Positions 15,936 to 22,760 of a stretch of 59,265 nucleotides of DNA are shown here, one piece after another; the first letter of the stretch is position 1; every line of letters starts with the position of its first letter. Under the pieces are notes generated by a model. It had not been told where the DNA came from, did no database searches, and worked only from the letters and a program-made list of their open reading frames with translations. A program made the translations under genes and the position numbers. The stretch is from contig MGCU01000025.1 of the NCBI GenBank assembly GCA_001790525.1, positions 14,576 to 73,840 on the forward strand, read 5' to 3'. This stretch comes from Candidatus Saccharibacteria bacterium RIFCSPHIGHO2_12_FULL_47_16b (GTDB lineage: Bacteria > Patescibacteriota > Saccharimonadia > Saccharimonadales > UBA10212).

Positions 15936-16727
15936 ATGTATGAATTGAGCCTTGCTGCCGAGCGGGCCTTTCGAAAACCGTTCAGAAGAGAAAAAATACG
16001 TCCCGACATGCTTCTTTTTAGCGAAGCGCGCTGGCCAGTATTTGCCGGTATCGGTCAAATCGGTCTTGTGCTTGAAATAGCACGGTTTAGAGCTGATAAC
16101 CTACTTGCAGCTGCAGCCGAACCAATAGACTTTGATCCGATCGGCAAGTTTAGCCCAAGGAATAATTTTGTGAAAGCTACAAAAGGTCTATGGGCACCCC
16201 AAAGTACTGCCGAACAGAATCTTGCAGCCCGAAGACTCTGGAATAAGTTAGATGTTGCATCACGTTCCAAAAAAAGACCGCCCCAAACTGCAATAGTTGA
16301 AACTTACAACCAAGCAGTCGGTTTCCACAATAAAACTTTTGATAGCATTTCTATTTTGAATACTGCCTTTTCGCCGGAAGATATAGCATTACCGAGTGCC
16401 GGCTCGATACGCAGGAATCTGCCAGTACAGATTGAGATGACGAAGTATTTAATGGATAGAGAAGCCGTGCAAACTGGCAAGAGATTAGTACCTAACAGAG
16501 AGCCATATTCATTAAGCCAGATACACTGGTTAGAGTGTTTATATTGGGCCAGTGATGAAATGGTAGCCAAGACTTGGTATTACACCAGGGATGCTCGCCT
16601 AAAGGAACTGGCTTTTTGGGATAGAGCGACTGAGAAAGCCAAACAACACCCAGCAATTAAAGCAGTATTGTCCAACCGAAAAACAAACATAAAAGCTAAA
16701 AAACTAAGACTTACTGCTGCAGCCTAA
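15936..16727 (+). CDS. Hypothetical protein (orphan)
   Basis: 263-codon ORF directly behind a promoter. No motif recognised. Confidence 0.5.
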   Translation: MYELSLAAERAFRKPFRREKIRPDMLLFSEARWPVFAGIGQIGLVLEIARFRADNLLAAAAEPIDFDPIGKFSPRNNFVKATKGLWAPQSTAEQNLAARRLWNKLDVASRSKKRPPQTAIVETYNQAVGFHNKTFDSISILNTAFSPEDIALPSAGSIRRNLPVQIEMTKYLMDREAVQTGKRLVPNREPYSLSQIHWLECLYWASDEMVAKTWYYTRDARLKELAFWDRATEKAKQHPAIKAVLSNRKTNIKAKKLRLTAAA

Positions 16728-16751
16728 TTTGGAAGATTATATAATATAGTT

Positions 16752-17141
16752 ATGGTAAGACCAGAAGCACCACAAGCCGAAAGCCCATTCCAGGAGCCGG
16801 GAAAGGTGCCTCTGACTGACTTCCCGGATATCGAAAGAATTGAACCAGCTGCGAGGCCTACGCAAGATAGGCCTAAAATCCCGCCAGCATCGGGACCGGA
16901 GAGACTTTTTCAAGTTGAATCGGCGACGCCAAAACCAATTGCACATCGGTCTGATCCTTATCGGCAAAAACCAAAGACACGGCTCGGTGGTTCTAAACCA
17001 TATCCAGAAGGCCAAGCAACAATTGATAGGCTACCGGTTGAACCCTTAACAGATAATGATAGGCTTATCGGTAGAGAACAATCCGGGACATTTTTAGAAA
17101 AACTCAAGGATAGACTTAGGAACAAGGGCAAGGCTGCCTAA
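16752..17141 (+). CDS. Hypothetical Pro/Lys-rich protein (orphan)
   Basis: 129-codon low-complexity ORF downstream of 15936..16727. Weak support. Confidence 0.35.
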   Translation: MVRPEAPQAESPFQEPGKVPLTDFPDIERIEPAARPTQDRPKIPPASGPERLFQVESATPKPIAHRSDPYRQKPKTRLGGSKPYPEGQATIDRLPVEPLTDNDRLIGREQSGTFLEKLKDRLRNKGKAA

Positions 17142-17591
17142 GAAAGTCAACCTTCTCTTCTTTAGATTTCATTTTGTGTAGGATTTACAACGGTTGGTTC
17201 AGACTTGTTTGACCGACTTGAATAAAATACTTGACTTGTTAAGTATTTAGTTTAAGTTAGAATAGTTTTTTAATTTAAATTTTTTTACGATTGATTACAA
17301 AAATTTTAGGGCCTCTTCCCCGCTATTTTTTTGTATTGCCTTTGAAACGCCATTTTGCTTAACTTTAAGGCATGGCAGAAACAGGAAAACCAAAACTTCC
17401 AGAAGAACATTTTCTCCCCCGTATTTTGCGTCATATGATGCCAAAAACTGTATCTCATGACGCGGCGTGGGGACCGGATAGGCCAAAGTTTAAACCAACT
17501 TTCCCAATGGAATTTGGCGATTCAGAGATGCTTGAAAGATCAAAGCCAAAACAAAACCCTCGCTTTCATCCGGAATCCCGACGAATTGATT

Positions 17592-18329
17592 CTAAGTAAA
17601 CAATAGAATTACCAGGACAATGGCGGTGGCGGCCATGACTTTTTTAACGAATTCGTTGCCCTTTTTGACAGCATAATTAAGACCTAATAGTCCACCGATA
17701 GCCATAGCGCCAATTAATATCCAACCGGCTGGATAGTTAACTTGGCCGCCAAGTGCGAACATCAAAAACTGAATCGGCACGGCTACCAAGCCGACCATCC
17801 GGCGAGTGGAAATAGATTCCAAAGACGACATGCCAAGCAATCCAATGACGATGTAGTTATTTAATAAACTGACGCCAGCACCGAACCCGGCTAGTACTGC
17901 GCCGCCAACAAAGTATGATGCGTAGCCAATGTATTCCGATTTTTTACTAACTTGACGAGTATGTGAAGCAATTTTCCAAGTTAGCAGGCTGGCGACGGCT
18001 ACAACTAAAATCAGTCCGCCGCTAAAAAACTTGACCTGTGAATCAGTTAAATTAAAAGCGAGGAGCGGACCGAGTACGCTAGCAACCGCTGCTATTAAAA
18101 TTAACGGCCGTAAATGGTCCTTACGGACGTGGGGCCGAGCTGACTTGCTAAAAAGTGAGCTGACCACCAGGCCGATCAAGCCCATCTTCAAGGCGCCCAG
18201 GGATTCTATGGGACCTAAGCCGAGGCCTATTAGAACTGGCAGGATGATCAAACCGGCACCGCCGCCGGAGAGTCCAGCCAAAAAGCTAGTAACTAGGCCG
18301 ACCAGGAAAATTATTAGTTCGTCTGGCAC
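17592..18329 (-). CDS. TauE/SafE (DUF81) family anion exporter
   Basis: 245 aa polytopic. The N-terminal GLSGGGAGLIILPVL and repeated half-domain architecture are typical of TauE/SafE. Confidence 0.75.
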   Translation of the reverse strand: MPDELIIFLVGLVTSFLAGLSGGGAGLIILPVLIGLGLGPIESLGALKMGLIGLVVSSLFSKSARPHVRKDHLRPLILIAAVASVLGPLLAFNLTDSQVKFFSGGLILVVAVASLLTWKIASHTRQVSKKSEYIGYASYFVGGAVLAGFGAGVSLLNNYIVIGLLGMSSLESISTRRMVGLVAVPIQFLMFALGGQVNYPAGWILIGAMAIGGLLGLNYAVKKGNEFVKKVMAATAIVLVILLFT

Positions 18330-18332
18330 GGT

Positions 18333-18968
18333 TTATTCCGTGGCGAAGTAGCGGTCACCAAAATCACCAAGGCCGGGCACAATGTAGGCGTTGGCATCAA
18401 GTTTTTCGTCAACCGCAGCGGTGATGATTGGTACTTCTGAGTGGTTTTTTTGCACTCGCTCCAGCCCTTCCGGTGCACAGACAATCGTTACCACCACGAT
18501 TTTTTTGGCGCCGGCCGCTTTAACGATGTTAAGAGCTTCGTCCATCGAGCCGCCGGTGGCCAGCATCGGGTCAACCACGAACACGGCATCATCGGGATTA
18601 ATTTTAGGAATTTTCTCATAGTATTTATCGGCGATGGCGGTTTTTTCGTCGCGCACCAAACCAACGAAGCCGACGGCGATAGATGGCAAAAGTTCATAAG
18701 CAGCACTGAGCATCGAGATACCAGCTCGCAGGATTGGCACGACAATCACGCGGGATTTTAAAGTCTGGCCGTCAAGCGGCGCCAGCGGCGTGTCGATCTT
18801 CAATTTTGCGGTGGTTAGGTCTTTGGCGGCCTCGATTAAAAGCAGCTTAGCCACGATGTCAGCATGCCTCCGGAATTCATCGGCCTTTGTGCGTTTGTCA
18901 CGCAAGATGGTCATAGAGTGTTCGATTAATGGATGCGATACAACTATGACGTTATTTGAATTCACCAC
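18333..18968 (-). CDS. upp: Uracil phosphoribosyltransferase
   Basis: HPLIEHSMTILRDKRT...FR...VVPILRAGISM... and PRPP loop VVDPMLATGGS. Confidence 0.92.
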   Translation of the reverse strand: MVNSNNVIVVSHPLIEHSMTILRDKRTKADEFRRHADIVAKLLLIEAAKDLTTAKLKIDTPLAPLDGQTLKSRVIVVPILRAGISMLSAAYELLPSIAVGFVGLVRDEKTAIADKYYEKIPKINPDDAVFVVDPMLATGGSMDEALNIVKAAGAKKIVVVTIVCAPEGLERVQKNHSEVPIITAAVDEKLDANAYIVPGLGDFGDRYFATE

Positions 18969-19206
18969 TGATTAACCTCTCTTTTTTAGTCTTTGACCAA
19001 TCTTTAATCTGAATTTCTCTTCTTCTTGCTTCAAACTTATTTTTATATGCTTGCGAAACATATACAAGATTAAAAGGTCCTTGCTGTTTGGCAAATTTCG
19101 AACCTTCGCCGGAATTGTGGCGATTTAATCTTGTAACTGGATTTGTAGACATACCAGTATAGAATCTGCCGGTTTTGGCTCTTGCTATGTACACATACCA
19201 ATTCAT
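18952..19206 (-). CDS. GIY-YIG nuclease superfamily protein (small UPF0213-type)
   Basis: WYVYIARAKTGRFYTGMSTNPVTRLNRHNSG...E.QIK.WS..KK. This is the stand-alone GIY-YIG (URI) domain pattern. Confidence 0.8.
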   Translation of the reverse strand: MNWYVYIARAKTGRFYTGMSTNPVTRLNRHNSGEGSKFAKQQGPFNLVYVSQAYKNKFEARRREIQIKDWSKTKKERLISGEFK

Positions 19207-19214
19207 AATGGTTT

Positions 19215-19341
19215 CTCGACTACGCTCGAAATCACTCTCCTCACTTCTAGGGCCTATGGTTTACCACGAGTAAGTTTCGGTTGTGGCCCCTCGACTCCGC
19301 TCGGGGTCACTCGATGCGGCGAATGGCTTGCCACGAGTAAG
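19215..19341. repeat. Tandem duplicated structured unit (about 55-60 nt, two copies) between the GIY-YIG gene and tRNA-Ile2
   Basis: Unit 1 is CTCGACTACGCTCGAAATCACTC...ATGGTTTACCACGAGTAAG. Unit 2 is CTCGACTCCGCTCGGGGTCACTC...ATGGCTTGCCACGAGTAAG. The flanks of the small hairpin differ TTT/AAA versus CCC/GGG. Confidence 0.7.
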
Positions 19342-19366
19342 GCGAATTTATTCGCCGCATCGAGTG
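19308..19366 (-). other. 17-bp perfect hairpin in the 3' trailer of tRNA-Ile2
   Basis: CACTCGATGCGGCGAAT (19308-19324) pairs with ATTCGCCGCATCGAGTG (19350-19366). An alternative short hairpin GGCGAAT-tt-ATTCGCC competes for the same arm. Confidence 0.7.
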
Positions 19367-19440
19367 GTGGGGGAGGCAGGATTCGAACCTGCGACCAAGC
19401 GATTATGAGTCGCCTGCTCTGACCACTGAGCTACTCCCCC
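19365..19440 (-). tRNA. tRNA-Ile2 (CAU, presumed lysidine-modified), CCA encoded
   Basis: GGGGGAG ta GCTC agtggtca GAGC a GGCGA cuCAUaa UCGCU tggtc GCAGG ttcgaat CCTGC CTCCCCC a CCA. The anticodon arm is the one I recall from enterobacterial tRNA-Ile2. Position 1-72 is a normal G-C pair, so it is not an initiator. Confidence 0.75.
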
Positions 19441-19472
19441 GCGTCTACCCCAGTATAAGTTATAATGGCGAT

Positions 19473-19928
19473 GTGCTACAAACAGTCAAAAACTTCTGGA
19501 ACGACCGGCGGCGAAAGCAGATAACCGACCCGCGTAACATCGGGCTTTATATATTTACAGTCATACTCTTGGCGATTGCCTGGAGCACGGTCAAGACTAT
19601 CCAGACTAATTATCAACTCCAGAAGAAGGTGGCTGTTTTGGAGGAACAAAACAAGGTTTTGAAGCTGGAGAATGAGAACGCGGCACTTAAAAATAAGTAC
19701 TTTGAGACCGACCAGTATTTGGAGCTGGCCGCCCGCGAGTTCTTGGGTTTGGCAGCACCGGGCGAAAAAGTTTTGTTGATATCCAAAGAAGTGGCTCTAA
19801 AGCATGTCGATCCAAAATTATTTGAAAAAGCTGTCAGCCAAACCTCGCCAGACAATCGTTCCAAAGTTGTCAAAAATCTACAAGAATGGCGCGACTTCCT
19901 ACTAGGCCGCCGGCTTCTTCAGGATTAA
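19473..19928 (+). CDS. Septum formation initiator (FtsB/DivIC-like) protein
   Basis: N-terminal TM, then the coiled coil LQKKVAVLEEQNKVLKLENENAALKNK and ...YLELAAREFLGLAAPGEKV, typical of DivIC/FtsB. Confidence 0.65.
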   Translation: MLQTVKNFWNDRRRKQITDPRNIGLYIFTVILLAIAWSTVKTIQTNYQLQKKVAVLEEQNKVLKLENENAALKNKYFETDQYLELAAREFLGLAAPGEKVLLISKEVALKHVDPKLFEKAVSQTSPDNRSKVVKNLQEWRDFLLGRRLLQD

Positions 19929-19961
19929 AAAAGCCTCCGAAGAGACTCCTAAGTCTAATTC

Positions 19962-20036
19962 TGGTAGCGGGGGCAGGATTTGCACCTGCGACCTCGTGGT
20001 TATGAGCCACGCGAGCTACTACTGCTCCACCCCGCG
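19962..20036 (-). tRNA. Initiator tRNA-fMet (CAU) with atypical D- and T-loops
   Basis: CGCGGGG tg GAGC agtagta GCTC g CGTGG cuCAUaa CCACG aggtc GCAGG tgcaaat CCTGC CCCCGCT a CCA. The 5' part is nearly identical to E. coli tRNA-fMet and position 1-72 is mismatched (C-U). Confidence 0.8.
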
Positions 20037-20155
20037 TTAAAAATAGGGCTTTTAGCCCAAATCCCGACTACTGATTCTAATCTGTAACCTAAAATATGTC
20101 AATTTGCCATTTTGCTAGTGCTTGCATTTTACTTAAAATGCTATATTTTAGACAT

Positions 20156-20530
20156 ATGAGAAAAGAGATGGCTGGACTTGGTGTGTCGTTGGCTCTACTT
20201 GCAGGCTGTGGTGGAGAAGAAGATAAACCTAAACCAAAACCAGTAAATACGGGAGTGGAAAAAACAGGAGTTAGCATCGATGGATTACACCAGGATAAAG
20301 ATTGGGAACTCGTGTCTATTGCAGGTGTAGGCGAGAGTGAATTAATTCGAGGAGATAAAGATCTTGAGGCAACTTTTCTGCGCTTCAATTTTCGCTTAGG
20401 AGAAACCGCGGTAAGTTGCCTAGTTGCAGTAGATTCTGGTGTAGACTTTCCTAATACTGGTTTTCTAGATCCAAGACTATGTTTTAAAAATGCGAATATT
20501 GAAACACCTTTGACAGCCAACTCTAATTAA
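20156..20530 (+). CDS. Putative lipoprotein
   Basis: MRKEMAGLGVSLALLAGCGG has a lipobox (L-L-A-G-C). I prefer this internal ATG over the track start at 20096. Confidence 0.55.
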   Translation: MRKEMAGLGVSLALLAGCGGEEDKPKPKPVNTGVEKTGVSIDGLHQDKDWELVSIAGVGESELIRGDKDLEATFLRFNFRLGETAVSCLVAVDSGVDFPNTGFLDPRLCFKNANIETPLTANSN

Positions 20531-20544
20531 ACATTTAGGTATAA

Positions 20545-20577
20545 AAAGAAAAGCGCCCAAGACGGGCGCTTTTTTTG
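20545..20577. terminator. Bidirectional rho-independent terminator between convergent genes
   Basis: AGCGCCC-aagac-GGGCGCT flanked by an A-run upstream and T7 downstream. Confidence 0.75.
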
Positions 20578-20590
20578 AAGTCGGCTAAAA

Positions 20591-20845
20591 TTAGCGTTCT
20601 TCGCGAGGGCGGGCTTGGGCAACGCTGATAGAGCGTCCACCTAAGTCCTTGCCATTCATGGCAGCCTCGGCGGCTTTGCCTTCCTCGTCGTTTTCGTACT
20701 CGACGAAGCCAAAGCCCTTGGACCGGCCGCTATCGCGGTCGCGAATGACGACGGCTGAAGCTACAGTGCCATGAGCGGCAAAGGCTTCTTTTAGCTCGTC
20801 ATCGGTGGTGGAAAATGGTAATCCACCTACAAATAGTTTGTACAT
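20591..20845 (-). CDS. RRM-type RNA-binding protein
   Basis: RNP2 KLFVGGL and RNP1 KGFGFVEY. 84 aa single RRM, like cyanobacterial Rbp proteins. Confidence 0.9.
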   Translation of the reverse strand: MYKLFVGGLPFSTTDDELKEAFAAHGTVASAVVIRDRDSGRSKGFGFVEYENDEEGKAAEAAMNGKDLGGRSISVAQARPREER

Positions 20846-21089
20846 TGATTTTCGATTCCTTTACTTAAAATTGGTAGGTACGACCCCTTACAGTCTTGGT
20901 TGGTCGAACTCGATCGGTTCGGTTTGGGCCGCACCTCGAACGTTCTCTCTACAAGAACAGATAAGATCCTAACGCAAGAAGTTAAGCATAAAGCGGATTT
21001 AATTACAACATAATTTTCTTGACAGGAAGATGCTTATGCCTGATGATTGGCGCAGGTACTAAAAGCAAAAACAAAAAAGGAGTAACGTA

Positions 21090-21170
21090 ATGGAACTTAT
21101 CTATGAGGTGGCAACTACGGAAGACCCGCAAGTCTTAGCCGTCGACGAAATACTAGTAGCCGAAGAATAA
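21090..21170 (+). CDS. Candidate 26-aa acidic micro-ORF (MELIYEVATTEDPQVLAVDEILVAEE)
   Basis: AAGGAG sits 7 nt upstream of the ATG and a TTGACA hexamer about 70 nt upstream. No other support. Confidence 0.25.
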   Translation: MELIYEVATTEDPQVLAVDEILVAEE

Positions 21171-21232
21171 AATTCATCAGATCTTATCTGTTTTGCTATA
21201 CTTTTATTGCTGTATTTGTGTATGCCTGACGC

Positions 21233-21271
21233 GGCAGCGTAGCTCAGTTGGTTAGAGCGCGGGACTTTTAC
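21233..21271 (+). pseudogene. Orphan tRNA 5' half (Lys-UUU-like, positions 1-38 only)
   Basis: GGCAGCG ta GCTC agttggtta GAGC g CGGGA cTTTTac, then no complementary anticodon-stem strand, no T-arm and no 3' acceptor. The next tRNA starts 16 nt later. Confidence 0.6.
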
Positions 21272-21286
21272 CCAGCACTTTGGTAC

Positions 21287-21363
21287 GCCAGGGTAGCTCA
21301 GATGGTTAGAGCGCAGGACTCATAAGCCTGAGGTCGCGAGTTCGATCCTCGCCCCTGGTACCA
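21287..21363 (+). tRNA. Elongator tRNA-Met (CAU), CCA encoded
   Basis: GCCAGGG ta GCTC agatggtta GAGC g CAGGA cuCAUaa GCCTG aggtc GCGAG ttcgatc CTCGC CCCTGGT a CCA (G1-U72 wobble, 31-39 A/G mismatch). Confidence 0.75.
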
Positions 21364-21374
21364 GAAGAAACATT

Positions 21375-21698
21375 TTACTGTCCTTGTTCGCTACCTCCGT
21401 ATTCAATAGTTGTTCGTGGCGCATTTGGTAATTGAGTTTTTATTGATTGGAAATAGCGCCTGCAACCCTCGAAGAATACTTGTTCCTCAGGTACCACTGG
21501 TAATGGATCCGTTTTCTCTGGTAATAATCCCCATAAATCCGGGTGGTGCCAGCAAAGATCATGACCACTACTATCACGGTGTGCACGTATACCATTTCGT
21601 AACCTTTTTGCTTCATTGATAAGCTCCTCCCGCGATAAGGAGTCAAGATCTTCATCGATTGGTGTTTGTTCTGCACCAGAGTAATCGGCTTCTTTCAC
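21375..21698 (-). CDS. Hypothetical protein
   Basis: 107 aa. LRNGIRAHRDSSGHDLCWHHPDLWGLLPE looks like a conserved small-protein core that I cannot name. Confidence 0.55.
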   Translation of the reverse strand: MKEADYSGAEQTPIDEDLDSLSREELINEAKRLRNGIRAHRDSSGHDLCWHHPDLWGLLPEKTDPLPVVPEEQVFFEGCRRYFQSIKTQLPNAPRTTIEYGGSEQGQ

Positions 21699-21770
21699 AT
21701 TAATAGTATAAATTATTAAAACGTCAAGTTATAGAGCCATCCAACCACAGACTTGCTAAGATTATAAGCG

Positions 21771-22733
21771 ATGAGAGTGAATATTCCTTGGGGGAAGTAT
21801 ATTTTAGCAGTTTCTGGAGGCGTGGATTCGATGGCCTTATTGCACCTGTTGGTGCAAAAAAACATAGTCACCAGTCAGCAGTCACCAGTCACCAGTCAAA
21901 AAAGGAGACTAGGTACTAAAGACTATAGACTAGCGACTGGCGACTCGACGAGCCTACGGCTCGTCGTGGCGCATTTTAACCATGGAATCAGGGCTGATTC
22001 GGATAAAGATGAAATATTGGTCAGAGATATTGCCAAAGAATATGACCTGCCTTTTGAGGTTGGTTATGGACATTTAGGCTCCAACGCTAGTGAAGATACG
22101 GCCCGCCGGGCTCGTTATCAGTTCCTGGAAGCTGTTCGGCAAAAATATAAGGCCAAGGCCATAATTACGGCCCACCATCAGGATGATCTGATTGAAACGG
22201 CTCTACTTAACATCATCCGCGGCACTAAGCGCAAAGGTTTAAGCGCCATCGCTAGTAACGTTGGTATCCTTCGACCGCTGTTGGACACACCAAAGAAGGA
22301 AATTCTTAAATATGCTCAAAAACACCAGCTTCAATGGCGCGAAGATCCCAGCAACCTCGATACAAAAATCCTGCGTAACTACTTGAGACTTAAAATTATT
22401 CCAAAAATGGACTTACAGCAGCGGCAAAAAATACTGAAAGATATCGATAATGTCGCAAAAATTAATATTGCTGTGGATAGAGAAATTGCGATACTATCTC
22501 AATCAGTAGTTAAAAATGGTAAGATTGAACGATCCAAATTTGCTCTTTTGCCAACAGAGGTAACTCAGGAGTTAGTTGTTTATTGGCTAAGACAACATGA
22601 CATTGCTCAAATTGATAGTCATAGCGTAAGCCGGCTAGCGGTTTTTATTAAGACCGGTAAGCCAGGCACAAATGCATCTGTAAAAGGTACTAGCAAAATC
22701 AAGCTGGAAAAGGATTACGCCCGCTTTGCTTAA
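21771..22733 (+). CDS. tilS: tRNA(Ile)-lysidine synthase TilS
   Basis: PP-loop SGGVDSMALLHLL, then ...VVAHFNHGIRADSD..., ARRARYQFL, ITAHHQDDLIETALLN. Confidence 0.88.
   Translation: MRVNIPWGKYILAVSGGVDSMALLHLLVQKNIVTSQQSPVTSQKRRLGTKDYRLATGDSTSLRLVVAHFNHGIRADSDKDEILVRDIAKEYDLPFEVGYGHLGSNASEDTARRARYQFLEAVRQKYKAKAIITAHHQDDLIETALLNIIRGTKRKGLSAIASNVGILRPLLDTPKKEILKYAQKHQLQWREDPSNLDTKILRNYLRLKIIPKMDLQQRQKILKDIDNVAKINIAVDREIAILSQSVVKNGKIERSKFALLPTEVTQELVVYWLRQHDIAQIDSHSVSRLAVFIKTGKPGTNASVKGTSKIKLEKDYARFA
21864..21947 (+). repeat. In-frame heptanucleotide-periodic array inside tilS (12 units, 84 nt)
   Basis: atagtca|ccagtca|gcagtca|ccagtca|ccagtca|aaaaagg|agactag|gtactaa|agactat|agactag|cgactgg|cgactcg. 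Followed by the 9-bp hairpin CGACGAGCC-tac-GGCTCGTCG (21946-21966). Confidence 0.8.
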
Positions 22734-22760
22734 CAGTTAAATTAGCCTGTTATAATAGCT

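Noticed and set aside
17225-17248. AAATACTTGACTTGTTAAGTATT is nearly identical (1 mismatch in 20) to 51288-51310 inside tsaB. Both are imperfect palindromes.
   Set aside because: One copy lies in conserved coding sequence. For an AT-rich 20-mer with one mismatch, the expected number of chance matches in a 59-kb window on both strands is not negligible (rough order 0.1-1). It is noted but not called a repeat family.
17295-17599. Overlapping small ORFs on both strands (63 aa minus, 75 aa plus) in the AT-rich spacer before the TauE gene.
   Set aside because: There is no SD, no motif, and they mutually overlap. The plus-strand one is Pro/Lys-rich like 16752-17141 and might be real, but I cannot support it.
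21231-21363. The idea that the tRNA 5' half is part of a split (trans-spliced) or intron-containing tRNA gene.
   Set aside because: No matching 3' half (TCCCG...T-arm...CGCTGCC) exists anywhere in the window. The next 16 nt run into a complete tRNA-Met, and no group I intron-like sequence follows. It is kept only as a pseudogene or fragment call.
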